DNA of 63,702 nt, filler included, from Choristocarpus tenellus KU-1152 (GCA_964200185.2; 10 parts of 10 records of this genome joined end to end with filler, not necessarily neighbours in it), one strand, 5' to 3'. Numbered from the whole stretch's first letter, positions 11,832-25,119 are shown. The notes: generated by a model from the sequence alone, not told the origin. A program made the numbers and translations.

Positions 11832-11931
11832 NNNNNNNNNNNNNNNNNNNNNNNNNNNNNNNNNNNNNNNNNNNNTTAATTAATTAANNNNNNNNNNNNN
11901 NNNNNNNNNNNNNNNNNNNNNNNNNNNNNNN
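11832..11931. other. Artificial contig-joining linker (44 N + TTAATTAATTAA + 44 N); repeated at 23301, 26123, 31671, 34468, 48299, 51881, 55673 and 60732
   Basis: Nine identical 100-nt spacers carrying a six-frame stop cassette. Confidence 0.99.
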
Positions 11932-12769
11932 TATCATGCATGGAATGTAATAATATTCTGATTGTGGATGCACACAGACACAGGCACAGAAACACCACGA
12001 AATCCACTCCAACTCTGAGGAAGCAACAAGGCAAATGCCCTAGAGGTGCACTTTTAAGAACCCAAATACATGTATGTACTACGCACTAAGAACTAGTAAC
12101 TAATATTACTATTTCAATCTACTGCTACTATAATCAATTGCATCATGGCTCAGTTGTGACTTAAAGCTGTCCGATATGCTGTAAATAATGCATACGTTGA
12201 TGCCCCGTTCTGTGGACAAAGTAGATAAAACACACTCAACTACAGCTCTAGCCCCTTTGTGGATAATCAAGTTCATATCCATCAAATACCCATTTTTGAA
12301 ACTGCTCGTCCTGTATGACTACGTGCACGACCTAGTTGATCTGTTGAGTAATGGAGTAATGCAGGACCAAAACGCCCTTGATTTCACACCTTTACAACAA
12401 CAACCCCTCTGCTAGATGCTGTCTGGACTTGACAAACTCAGTTTGGACGAACTCATTCCACACAGGCAAAACCCCACCATGGATATATTACATCATATTG
12501 TGCTACCCACAGTCTATCCATTTATACACATACAGAGCACAACACATGAGGTAGCTGTAACATATTCTATGATACGATTCCCAGGTTCCAATTTCAATAC
12601 AGCAGTAACTAATTAGCCAAACCGCTTGAGAGGTAGGCAGCTTTGGACCCTTTTTCATTCTAAGCCGACTTTCTTCCCCTGTGCAACACACTCTTATTTA
12701 TTTATGTGTACAGTAGTGTTCGTAAAAATGATATTCCTCCTTTTCGCACACAAAGTGACACCACCATCA

Positions 12770-13450
12770 AGCAAAACCGATTTCTGCAATTGTACAAAAA
12801 TGGTCTCTTTTTGTCCTTTCTTGGGATCCTTTAGATACAAAATTTCCTAACTGTCAGTTGGTTCGACTCATATTCATAAAATAAAATCAACTTAAATATT
12901 TAGATGCACTTGTAATTTGGGGCTAATCCAACAATCACCCTCCATGTGCTATTTGCGTACTGGGTTGCTAATCCCCTATGTAGAAAATATCAGGGATCAA
13001 GCAAGGTAATAATAGCCTCTATGTTGGTCACAGATATTTTCCCTACTTTTCCGTCAGAATTTATCTTGGCACACGCTTAAAAATACATGACAGGATTCAG
13101 TAAGTACGATGTGCTATTTGTAGCAATACACCCTTCAACTTGCACGTGTGCTCATGCTGTTGAATCTGCAGGCTTTTCTCTTATGGAACTTTCCCATTCT
13201 TGACTATATTTTTCATGGACTTTAGTTTGAGAATACTCCTATATTATCTTTGTAAGTGAGTCAAACCAACTGAGAGGTGGGCAGGGTTGTCTTTTAAAGA
13301 TCTCGAGAAAGGACAGAAATATGTCATTTTGTACAATTTCAGAAAGAGCCTCTTCTGAATTGTGGTGTCTTCTCTGTTGGGGAACTTACTCATTCTCGAC
13401 TATTTTTCATGGAACTTGGTTAGAGAATACTCCCATAACATATTTGCAGA
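12770..13450. repeat. Old composite repeat: about 90-bp diverged inverted pair (12781-12870 / 13256-13346) plus about 70-bp direct pair (13186-13253 / 13381-13448)
   Basis: TTTCTGCAATTGTACAAAA..CAGTTGGTTCGACTCA vs TGAGTCAAACCAACTG..TTTTGTACAATTTCAGAAA; GGAACTT..CATTCT.GACTAT..TTTTCATGGA..GAGAATACTCC occurs twice. Confidence 0.65.
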
Positions 13451-15148
13451 AGGTTCATGTGCCAAATATCCTTGAGTTCTGTCAATAAAATTGGGCAAAC
13501 ACATGCTTCCACACTCACAATATACACGCAAGAACGAACAGAATAGATGGTAGGGTTGTGCTTTTCGAGGTTAAAATATCATATTTGGCATAGATGTGAC
13601 CTACTTCACATGGTCACCCCACAATTTGACTTATCTATGCACCATCTAGCGTACACAATATTCTCGTCAAGTTCCCACACTTGGATCAGGCAGAAAACTG
13701 CTTGAAGAGCATGCTGTTCAGACTTCGGCGTGAAATTTCAGCGTAAGCATTGAAGAGGATATTTGGGTTGTCCCTCTGTATGTAGGATCAGACAGATACA
13801 AAGATGCTTGACACACCTGTGATCTACTTCAAACAATATACACCAGCGCTTCTAAGGTTCATGCATCATTTCATCACATAGTTACACATCTAGTTCCGAC
13901 GTGCTATATTAGACAGAAAAACTGTGGCATACGGCATGCGTGTACTCTCGTTAACAATAGTCACACAGCGACGGTCCCACGTGAGTTTCCATGGTAGTTC
14001 TTCCAAAGTTGGTGACATCTTGGCGGTATAGTATTCACGTTTCAGGTTTAGGGCATCTAAATTGGGCGACATTCTTTCATGCTCGGATAGCAATGTTTGC
14101 GACAAGAAGAGTGGCACAGTCGATGACTGGTCACTTATTCAGGACACTTCTCTCCTTTCCCATCCCATCTCCCACACCCCAACGCCCGCCCCGTAAACGA
14201 TCACTAGTGATGATCTCTTTGCCTCTCGTTGATTTCTCTCATTTCCCATTCCTGTACTTTCTCCATACACCTCGTTCTTGTAGAACTTGGCGTGTGAGGG
14301 ACGCCGAATAACAATGCTGAAGAAAGTCCATGTAACAAAAACAGAAGAGAAGTTGAGTAGAGGTGTACCTTTTTCTTGGCGTAACTAATACTGATATAGG
14401 GAAATCCTTTCTACAACTCACCTCTTCAATAATCAACGATTAGAAGAATCGTCCTCTTGTATCCAACTCGACGTTTCCTCCGTTAACGAATACAAATTCT
14501 TACAGAATCATTACTAACCAGGACCGATGTGTGGGTGTCATTGTAGATTCAGCAAGGTGGAGTTGAACCCGTCCTTGTCAACAGTACATGTTCCGTTCCT
14601 TCCCTAACCATGTCTCCATTAATAATCAGGAAAGTGATCAAATAGACATATATGAGGGCGAAAGCATTGGATTTTTAAATTCTAATATAATGATCAACTT
14701 ACTTTTTCCATACATAATTGAACAACCCGTAACGTTCAACTTTCCTATTCACCCCAGACACTCCATTTTTTGTCACGTCTATTCTTGTTTGTCCAATTAA
14801 TATGATAATATGAAGTTTTTGTTTGGTGGATACTATCTACAATAGACCACTTTCCGTTTCTTATCCCCGTTTTACATATTGGATCGAACATGATGGTTCC
14901 AACAAAATTTGAATGTTGATGGTCTTACGTGTGAAATCAGTTTAGTTGAAAAAAAAATCCATGTATAATCCCTTTGTCCCATAAGTCTAGGCCGTTACGT
15001 TAAGTTGTAGCTCTTTCAGGATGACCTCCAATAAATTACAAAACAGACCTTTGCGTGGGATTCCTTCGAATATTTTACATCACAAAACTATGTCTCGCCT
15101 TTATTCGATACCGTCAACCCACCAATCCAGGTCCACCGAAGAGGCCGT

Positions 15149-15760
15149 TCAGTATACTTTGACTGATCTACCCAACCAACCCGTCCTCCAGTTGCCTTTT
15201 TTGATCTCGGTATGCTCTACCTCGAAATCGTTCCCCCCCAACGCCCTTAACACCTGATTGTACCTCTTAAACAGACTCTGCGACACCCTTTCGAGCGTAT
15301 CTGCATCGTACAGGTGGAACATGCTTGAAACCCCCTCTACAAGTTCATCAACGGTGCTGTAACGCTCCACCCAAACCCTGCTCTTCAGAGATGCAAAAAA
15401 CCCCAGAGAAAACGAAAGGCTAGGGGTGACGTGCTGCTGAACCCTCGTTGCCCCCATGGCTTCAAGCCAGCGATGAAGCTTTGAGATGCCGACAAAGAGG
15501 CCCGCTTCAGCGAGCTTGGCAGAAAGTTGGTCGATAGTCAGCGTGCGCTTACTGGCATTGATTTCCCTGATATTCGCTTGTTTTGTTGGCGTAAAGTCCG
15601 ACGACCGTCCAGATCATGCTTGTGATTTGAGGGAGACGGTATTCCCCTTGTCTAACTGTACTTTAACGGGCGCCCACACCCGTCTAGGCTGTCTCTCTCC
15701 CACTCGAAACTCTTTCGCCAATTTAGACCCCACACCCCTTGCTTGGTAGTCTCTCGTGAT
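15149..15760 (-). mobile_element. Internally deleted Tc1/mariner-superfamily transposase relic
   Basis: One frame: LAKEFRVGERQPRRVW (HTH-like)..SLKSQA*SGRSSDFTPTKQ..LHRWLEAMG..VTPSLS joined directly to the C-terminal LGFFASLKS..VDELVEGV..YDADTLERV.QSL..GGNDFEVEH. The catalytic core is absent and there is one stop. Confidence 0.8.
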
Positions 15761-16189
15761 CAAGAGGAAGAGCAAATAAGTAACGCAGAGCAAGTGCGGT
15801 TCGACCTTTGCTGGGTCAGCTCGCAGCTCTTCCCCGAGACGGTGGCCATCGTGCTGGGGACGAGGGAATGTGGGGGTTATGAGAGTGTTATGTGGTTCAA
15901 TGCTGTACCACCAGTAAAATTAAAAATGAAAAAGAATATGCCCCATTCTGTATTCCATTCTTTCGGAACCATTTCAGAACTGAATTCTTTGAGAATTCTT
16001 TGATTTTTTTTTTTATATATAGTATTCCAAGGAATCCAACGCAATAGACCATTTTGTAATAGAGATCATCCTGAAGAGCTACAGCTTGACACAGCAAACT
16101 TATGGGACAGTGTACACACACACGTACATACATATTACTCTGCCACTTAAAACTGCCAACTTGGTCTACCCACCAATCCATCACCTCCA

Positions 16190-17220
16190 CTAGGTCTTAG
16201 TAAAGTTACCAATGAAATTGCCAAGAGGACATACTGGGGTACCCTTCTGGGTACCTGTTCTTTTTGCAATGCCTTTGACCTTTACTTCCACCAGGGTAGC
16301 TTTCCTCTTGGGGGGAGGACCTCCCTCTCTTTTCTGGCCTACCAACGGTATCAGCATGATTCTTCTCAACACGACAACTTCTCTCTGGGGTTTCATTTTT
16401 GCTTCTAGCGCTTGTGCTCTTGGGTTGTCGATCGCTCAGGTTCATGTCTTAGACACCTCCTTAGCTTTCAAGCTGGCAGGACCTAACAGGTATTTGAGCG
16501 AGAAGATTTGCTCCACGACCAGATGTATTCAATATAATGTTCTATTTGATTATGAACATCCCTTCCCCGTCGCAGTCGTGGCTATCTTAGTGGATGCATC
16601 TTTGTTCACAGAAAAACGATTGCGCGATTTCTGCTCGTCATTTTGTCGTGAACCCCTTCCGTGATTGCTCTTGTCGGTTCGGTGCCGTCTCATTCCGTGG
16701 TGACGCATTGTCGAGGCAGCGTGGAATTCGTTTTAGGAAGTCTCCTGATGCGCAGGTTGTTGGATCTAAGAAATGTTACCCGCATTATTTCAAGCACGCG
16801 CTCCCTAGTTATCATCCTGATGTTCCCGGTGGTTCTGTCGAGCGTCTTCGGGGCAGCCTTACGTGCTACGGTGCTTCGTGAATCGGTCGGCGCTGAACCT
16901 GCAACTGCAGTACTTGAGTGGTTCCTTGGCGACGCGAGTGCAGTAGGCACAAGGATCATTCCCTTCTGCTGTTGTGTCACCTCTCAAATCAAAGATCCAA
17001 TGGGGGATCTTTCTGCTAACCCCCAACAAACTGCATGCACCAGCCAACGTCCTGCTCCATCCAATATTCAATGCCTTCCTCTCTTGCAGCTGCGTGCTCC
17101 CCGAAATAGTAGTGTTTGTTGATGCTCAAATCTATCACCTTGTATTGACCACTTAATCTCCCCCTGATATCCAATACATTTAAACCGCAGGCATCCGGTA
17201 ACTTCGTCACTCTCTACATT
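16190..17220 (-). mobile_element. Possible decayed LTR-retrotransposon gag region
   Basis: Broken frames including LNVLDIRGRLSGQYKVIDLSINKH and a basic, low-complexity downstream region, loosely resembling stramenopile Gypsy gag. No pol or LTR seen. Confidence 0.25.
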
Positions 17221-18180
17221 GGATGTGAGTTCCTTGTAGTAGCTTTTATATGCAACGCTCCAGAGGAATTGGATGGAGTATCTCTACCGTAACTTATTTC
17301 ATATCATATACTATAGTACAAGGAATAGACTTACTTTGGTTGCCACATAACCGTTGCTGGATGTTGGGTGACCGCAGATTGAGGTAGATAATGACAAACC
17401 GAGAAGTGATTTTTTGTTTATGAGCTGGAGCGCAATTTGTTGACTTTGTCGTGTTTACTATGCTGTCGATGTTGGTATGACAACCTATACCCCCTGCAAC
17501 AAATCCCCAAAACCTCCACTGTTGAGTCCAAGATTGAGTTATGGCTTTATTACCAGAACTCGTTGAATGCACAAACTCAACTGAAGTTTTTGCCCGTTCT
17601 CCGACCTCAACCTTTCGATACCAACTTTTTCTCCTGCCATGAAAACTTTCAAGACGCGCTTTTTGGTCAGGTCCAAAGCAGAAGCGGGAATGATCTTAAG
17701 CTATGGCTGCAAACGAGGACGGGAATGTTCGGTGTGGCGCACAAGTCGGTTGAAGGGAAATGGAAAGGTACACTGCGGTGACAGCGTCAATAAATGAATG
17801 GAGAAGTCAGAGTTGGGCCATTCAGAGTCATCCTATGTTACGGTGGAGCATATTTGGGACCTTTTGAATATTTTCGAATTTCCAAACTTTCTGACTGCTA
17901 CCCCATTCTCGTGCCAGATATGAGTCCACCCACCTTAGAAGACTGTCGCTGTAGATAACCACACAACATTCGTTCACGAAAGTGCAAAATTGCCTTCGAG
18001 AGTGGAAAAGGCATATATACTAGGAGGCAGTCACAAAGAATCCAAATTCTCAACAACACCCTCCTCTAAGATAGGATTGCTCTCAATAGTTTCTCATACA
18101 CATCGATCACAATCACAAAATGTAGGTGTAGGAGAAGCAGTGCATAGCAATCACAGTTCTGACACAGAGGGTGGAGAAGC

Positions 18181-18333
18181 GTAAACACTGATCGCAACAA
18201 CTGTGGAGAGAGCGGAACATATGGAGAAATAATGGACATACACGGGCTAAATATCCTTGTTGCTAAGGATTCAGTGCCTAACCAGAAGCTCATCAAGCAA
18301 ATGCTGGAGAATCAAGGTCAGGTAGCAGAAGTG
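18181..18333 (+). pseudogene. Isolated exon encoding the N-terminal half of a response-regulator receiver domain (hybrid histidine-kinase type), probably degenerate
   Basis: GLNILVAKDSVPNQKLIKQMLENQGQVAEV followed by donor GTAAGA (18334) matches LxILVAEDNxxNQKLxxxML..G. The acidic E is replaced by K and the upstream frame is broken near 18180. Confidence 0.7.
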
Positions 18334-21300
18334 GTAAGAGTACATTAACTAGGTTATTGGAGGCGCCATGGTGTCACCGCAGGGCTTTCGGTTTTGTTGC
18401 ATTAGGTGAAGATTCCTTGGTACTTCTTGCTTTCACTAAACCTTGCAGGATAGATCATGCAAAGAATGGATTATGCAGTTGTGCAGCATGTGACTCCTTC
18501 CTGTAGAATTGTCGCTGGTGTGTAGAGTACGGTTTAGGTGGTGGCAAGTGCTAGGTGAAGACGTGCAAATTGAACACGATAAAAGGATTTGTTTTTCAAG
18601 GGTGAGGTAATGTTGAGTACGAAAATGATAAGACAAGGAGACTATCGGATGTAGACGAGGCCAAAATATTTTTCCTTCCCAAGTGCTGCTTGCTTAAGGC
18701 AAAGTTGAGTAGTGTTTCCTACGTTCTACAGGAATTTTATGAAGTGGAAAATAGTTTGTTTCTCTCAAATAACTCAAATTCAGTCACACCAGACGTGCTA
18801 ATGTGGTAAATATGGCCTCATATTGCACTACAACAAGACGATAAAAGAGTTGCTGTGAGTCCTCTTTCCTAAATTCGTGTGGATAAGCCGAATTGACAGC
18901 TAAAGTAGAAGGAAAACATCTACTGAGCATTTGCTACAAGCTTAGGTGTAGATTATGTTATGAATCTATACCCCTCCTTATACATCTGTCTGCCAACCCT
19001 CCAGAACCAACTACACTTCGACCAAGAAGTGCCAAGAGGCTGAACGTCAGGGATCATCTTGAGTGTTCATCCTCCCCAATGCCAGCATTGAACACTGTTG
19101 CTTTCCTCTGTTTCGGTCTCTGGGGTGGATAAACGTTAAGGTATAGTCTTCGTGATTCAAAGCTAAAAGAATAACTAAAAAAATAACACGATTTCAAGGC
19201 TGCCTAATACAATAAATAATGCTATCTTTGCATTATTGGTGTAAAGGGTCTCACAGGAGTACCCCGCACAGGTTGCGTGTGAGGGCAATAGTAGGTCCAG
19301 TCTAGATCTTCTGCCAAGATGGGTGTGGGTTCGAATCCCGTCTTTCCCGTCATTATTACATTCTCCCTTTCCGAGACACCTGGTCTTTGCGGCTGTTGTC
19401 GGTAGTTTGATCACTGTCCCATGAAAGCAGGAATAGTTGCAACATGGTGGCAGCTGTTCATTGCAGAGTTTTGCCAACTGTGGATTACAGGACAACATTT
19501 GAGAGAGGAGAAGGAGAGACGAGGGGTAGGATGACTGAACTATAGTGCATTGAATTAGAAGACATGAGAATAATACAATATTAGTTTAAAAAATCGTTTG
19601 GTGGAATACTGCAGTACACGAGGAAGAGGTATAACAGCAGGGACCACATGATATGAAAGATCAAGAGCAACCTACTGCTCGTAATAAATGTCTCTGATGT
19701 ATCGTGTCAGAGTTTCTAGTGTATTTGTGTATGATGAGAATGTGAGTACAACAGGGAGTAAATAAGGTGACAAACATGCAAATGAATATGCTTGCCTGGG
19801 ATGTTCTGATGTGTTGCTTGGATTCTGAATGAATATATTCCTGACATAATATTAAAGAACTCAAGTAGATGGCTTATTTTTGAAGTACACTTAAGCGGCA
19901 CTATTCAACTTTTTGTGCACTAATATACATGCTCAGAGAACCTTGGCTATAGTTACAATGTTGACCAAAGGCACTGTAGGCCTGTGCACCCTGAACTTGG
20001 ATGCAGGGCATTGATTCAAGGATAGTGCAAGTCCAAACCCCGCTATCTTGTAAGCCCCAAGTAATGTGCCATTTACTGAAATATTAGGCAAAACCTTCAA
20101 TATCCGCACATCCTACATAATTGTGGTGCATAGAAAGTCTTCTGAGGCTGAGATGCTACGGGCATTAAGGAACACAGTATTGAGGTCCTTTAGTTGCTCT
20201 TGTAATGGTACATCCAAACTGAGGTGTGGGACGATGGATCAGAAATGGATCAGAAACTACTCGTGGCCTGCATGGGTAAGACATAGATTGGGTTGCTAAC
20301 ACTTCTCCCGATCCAGCTTCTGGATCCAGAGGCGTCTGATCCATCTCTAGTTCTTACCTACCACCTAGAGCTGTCGTACGGTCCTATTGCATCTACCCCA
20401 GAATTGGAGCACTCCCACACACATAACCAACTCCCTCATTTGGTTATGTTAGAGGCTGAAACTCACCTGTGCCATAAGCTGGGAACTGAACATTAGGTGT
20501 TCCACTGTTCATGAGAGCACTTAGGAGTTGCTGGCAGTTACCATGAGGGGACAAAAGGATGGGCTTGATGTGTGAACTCACTGTTTCTAATGCAGTTATG
20601 CCATTGTTGCATATGTGAATCCAATGCCCGCTTAACTTCTGGTTGACAACCTTAGCACAGTCTTTCTAGTGGTTCTAGAGTTGCCCAAAGGTGTCTTCTG
20701 CTTGATGACATTGAAGGGTGTGTCACGATGGAGTATGCAAGAAATATATTATCCATAGTACAAAAAAAAATACAAGGACTAAGAAATAAAAGAAGAAAAG
20801 AGGGGAACTTAAGGAAAGACTCGATGCGGGACAATGATCCACTTGGCATACTGTGAAGTATCACTGGACCAGGTCCTACAGGAAATGAAAAAGAAAAGTA
20901 CTATGGGGGAAGGGGTTGATTCAGTCCCTCATATAGCCCATCCATCACCACCATCACCACCAGCACCACAGCCATTGCCACTACCGCCATCACTCATACA
21001 GGGGAACACATAGGAGAACTAAATAATGTATCCATATGATGTTGAATGGAACTCAAGACTAATAAGTGCAAAGGGAAGAGCCCACCGGCAAGAAGAAGCA
21101 ACCACCTGGTACTAATGACTGGATTGGAAATGGTCAGCTAAGAACTACTCAAATATATCGTTGACCTTGTGGAGTATGCGTTAATCAATTGCACCGCCTC
21201 AAATCTCAACTCCCTTTATACCCCCTCTTTATGCTGTATATTGAATATCAAGTCGCAACGTCTGTCCCACTAAATATCCCCACTTGGACACTCCTCAGGC

Positions 21301-21642
21301 ACAGCCGTACAAACTACCATTTACAAAACACGATAAGACCCATCACTTATACACAGATTAGAGTGCTGGGTTCCTTGTTGTGAGCTAGATACGATAGACC
21401 ACAAGCTCTGACCACCTTTCTCAATGCCTGACACTGGAGTACTACCCCCTTATCCGAGGAACGGCCTTTGTCCAACCCTACAAAGAATTCAGGGCTCCAC
21501 CCCCCAGCACCTTGAGCATCCGTAGTCTCCTACAAAACGTGGCTAGAACTAGTTGAGCAGGTGGAAGATAGTCTGGATGCTTGGGGCATCTCATACAGGA
21601 ACCCCTCAATAGCTGGCACCAAGTCCCCCAACCGTCTACAAC

Positions 21643-21840
21643 CTATCCAAGGGTTTGCTCCACCTTGATGCGACACTGGCTGAGGAAGAAGTTGAAATAT
21701 TCACAATCCACATTATGGCCACCTCCTTGATAGGGACCAAGACGCATGTCCGACAAAGTATAAGCGTTATTTCCAAAGACAAACTCCGGAGTAGAATCCA
21801 AAAGGTTATACAGCAATTGGTCCATGAATCCCCGAGAATT
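21643..21840 (-). mobile_element. PIF/Harbinger transposase relic (DDE_Tnp_4 C-terminal part)
   Basis: FVFGNNAYTLSDMRLGPYQG..EYFNFFLSQCRIKVEQTLG matches GDNAY.LS..LL.PY..FNF.LSQ.RI.IEQAFG. Confidence 0.8.
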
Positions 21841-22989
21841 TAATAGTGCTTATGTGATTTGTTGCTCCTGGAGTTAGACACGAAGCGACCAAGATGCGGT
21901 AGGTTGTTTAAACAACTGCCAGGACGTTTAAGAGCCCTTCTTACGTCCTCATGGCGTTCTCGACCATGGTGCAAGGGTCTTGATGAATAGTCCGTCTATA
22001 ACTCCTAACGCACGACTAATTATCCCCCACATGCTCTTCACCTGTAGGACATATGAAAGGGGGAAAGGTGCAGAATGAGGTTCGTGCTAGAAGAGGCTTC
22101 CACTAGGTAAAAGCATCGTGTCTAGTTGGATAGTACAAAATCCTTAATCTTAATCCTATGCCGATCGATGTTGAAGTGGACAATGAATGCTCCCCTGAAA
22201 GCCCGCCATGAGGAAATCACAAACTTCCACCGTCGTTGGGAATTCTATCTGCGCGACTGGCTCGGTGGTGTTCATGGTATTTTCACGACTCTTCAGAAGG
22301 TGCAGTAAAACGTTACCTGCGTACGCCGTGAAGACAGGAAGTCCAGGTAGCTTACCTCCAGTCAGGTAGCAAAGACACATGGCAACCTGGAAATCTACAC
22401 CTATGGCGTCTGACAGGGTGCATATTCCTGCAACAGCACGGACCTAGATGGAGCGACCAAAAAAGAGATTTCTGGTATTGTTTTGATTTATAGTCTATTT
22501 TTGGAACACACTTCCACAACACATTGTACCGTTTCGAACTGACCGTTTCGGGCTGGAGGAAGGACAATACGAGGTAGCGGCAAGTGGAAAGGGGTACGTC
22601 AGGACACACTAAGACGACATGAGTGATGTTTGGTGGTAAGTGAGTGGGAGGAGGGTGGGGACGAGAACGAGGGCGAGCGAGGGTTGTAGACCTCACGTAC
22701 CACATAGTCTTAAACATTCATTCTCCTCGAGAAATGAGTTCAACAGATGAGAGCTCACATTGCCCATGCCGGAGACCAATCTTAATAGCGGGAAGGGAGA
22801 TTTCAGGTAGAAATGAGGATATGGCGCAGCTCCTGCGCCTCACCAGATTCAAGGTAAGCACATGAAGGTCTCAGAAGCACACTAGTCTGTTGGGGTGTTC
22901 CCTACCCTCCTCGTGTTCTCGTGTTCATGGTTTCCACTTATCTCGTGAAGTCACTTCATCTTATTTCTTTGCAGTGTATCATAATATTT

Positions 22990-23300
22990 GGGACTGCCTA
23001 TAGAGTGATATCCAGGAATGTTCCACGCTTGGGCACTCTCAGGCGTTGGCTCAGCTCCCTACCAGGAGCAAAGGCCTCCTTCTGGATATTGCTTTTGCAG
23101 AGGTCCAAGCACCCTATCATCCACCTCACACATACACCAGCAATGGCGCAGCTGCCTCTGCAGCCAAGGCACGAAAGCGTACCCAATAAAGGGGAACTTT
23201 TGAGCCTCATAGTTTTAATCTCAACACCTTCGCGGTGGAAAGTTCTGGGAACCTTGGAAACAAGCAGGACGGGTTCCCACACAGTAGGGGGGGGAGGGGT
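22990..23300 (+). mobile_element. CRE-like non-LTR retrotransposon RLE domain relic, truncated by contig end
   Basis: Frame not in the ORF track: KGLLLDIAFAEVQAP..SNGAAASAAKARKRTQ*RGTFEPHSFNLNTFAVESSGNLG (LLD..AA...RK..Y..AVES.G.LG restriction-like endonuclease pattern). Confidence 0.78.
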
Positions 23301-23400
23301 NNNNNNNNNNNNNNNNNNNNNNNNNNNNNNNNNNNNNNNNNNNNTTAATTAATTAANNNNNNNNNNNNNNNNNNNNNNNNNNNNNNNNNNNNNNNNNNNN

Positions 23401-23448
23401 TTTGGTCCCCAAATGGACGCGGCTCTACCCTCTAAGATACTTTGACTC
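23401..23448. mobile_element. MITE family B end at contig start
   Basis: CAAATGGACGCGGCTCTACCCTCTAAGATACTTTGACTC. Confidence 0.85.
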
Positions 23449-23507
23449 TGCAACTTTATGGCCATGTAGGGCATGTAAAATAAAATCTTGGATTTCTGTT
23501 GGAGCTA

Positions 23508-24270
23508 CTAACTGATCACGAAATTCTCTATTTTTTCGAAGATGACCAGGTCGGTAAGATCGGTAGAGTAAGAGTTTACTCTCTCTTGTGTGAAAAGATA
23601 TGACATGGTGTACGCCGTTTCTTTATTGGGCAATATTGCACTACTAGGGTCTGTCAGGTATTGTAAATATGCTCTAAACTGATCATGTTGGGCTTTGGTT
23701 GGAACTTCAGTATCAATTATTGGAAAAACAATGATAAAGCTAACAAAGAGCTCAGAGTCATTTACCACTCTAGTGATTTTACCTAATTGATCCACAGACA
23801 ATTCATAGGCGGGGTATACCTTACTTGCTTGAGAAGTTGCATTTGTAGTTTCTGCTCTCGCATTTCGATATATATGGGTTAAAGATGCTAATTCAGATTC
23901 ATGTTTACAGAACTCTTCCAGTTGAAGACGTGACAACATATCTGGGAGTTAATGTAATCTGTCAGGCTTATGAAGGACGGTAAAATCAAAAACTTTGCAG
24001 AGCTAGAGCCCATCGAGCTAACAGATTGGACTTGTCTTGCATAGTATGCAGCCATCGTAAGGCTGAATGATCACTAATAACTGTAAAGTGTTTACCCCAA
24101 ATACATGGTCTCCAGTGTTGAATTGCCAGAATAACTGCAAGGCACTCCTTTTGTATGGTAGAACATTTTCTTGGGAAGGGGGAAAGTAAGGCACTGTGGT
24201 ACGCAATTATATCAAAATTGCAATTATCATTTTTATGGGGCAATAACGCCCCTCCCAATATTACTGGCAT
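23508..24270 (-). mobile_element. Ty3/Gypsy pol relic: RNase H domain and downstream linker
   Basis: LGGALL..IIAYHSALLS..CSTIQKECLAVILAIQHWRPCIWGKHFTVISDHSALRWL..LARWALALQSF, then frameshifted PDMLSRL. Confidence 0.88.
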
Positions 24271-25119
24271 CTACATGTATTATAAAATTCCGTTGGAAAA
24301 GCAGGAAACTGGAGAACTGGAGCCATGGATAAATGTCGTTTGCACTTGTCAAAAGCAGTTTGCTGTGGTCGATTCCATCTAGATGAATACCACATAGATT
24401 ATTTTATTTTTCTTAAGGGGGTGTGTGCTCTCTTTTTGAATCTTCCTCTTGTATATGGTCTATCAATTCGGCTAACAGTTCTTTGCTGTTGCTAGGTGAG
24501 GAATGCACTTCTTGACAAAGTTCATAGAACCACAAAGAAAGATAGTAAGCTTTCACAGTTTGAGGGGGATGCATTTCTAAAATAGATTCATACGAGCTTG
24601 TGATATAGCTATTCCTCGTGGACAAACATTACGTCCCAAGTAATAGATTTGTTTTGAGCCAAATTGAGCCTTGGGTAGCCTTAACCTCCACAGTTTGTAA
24701 GGTTGGCTGTACTGTAGTGATTAACTGTTTATGGTGTTCTCAAGATGGAGAGGCCAAAGATAGTGCTTTATTTCTCGAAGTCGTTTCGACTTTCTGTCTA
24801 GGGCCAACAACCTTTTGAGTTGGTTTCACTTCCTTCTTGTCCGCCATTGTGGCGTGGCCCTACATCTCTGGTGACCTCCCCACACAGATCGGTGTGAGTA
24901 CCACTGTTATTGGGCCTGGTTCTGTGTGATGGGAACTGATGAGAACCACCAGAGATGAGGTTGAGAAAGGAAGTGAGAGATGAGACTGAGGCATACCGGG
25001 GGGATGTTGATGGCGTCAGAGTGCCATGTGGATCAATCTCCAGTGTGATTGGTTGTGACCAGTCAGAACAGAAAAACAATGTAAGGCTTGGTGGTTTGAA
25101 TCAGCCGTTCATATCAGGG

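Noticed and set aside
11876-11887. Recurrent TTAATTAATTAA as a biological motif
   Set aside because: Always centred in exactly 44+44 N; it is a synthetic six-frame-stop linker.
19290-19350. tRNA-Leu-like gene (GTGGGTTCGAATCCC T-arm)
   Set aside because: Only a B-box/T-loop is recognisable; I could not fold an acceptor stem, D-arm or anticodon arm. At most a SINE or tRNA relic; tRNAscan-SE would decide.
22120-22460. RTE LINE 3' fragment
   Set aside because: Motif similarity marginal; not supportable by eye.
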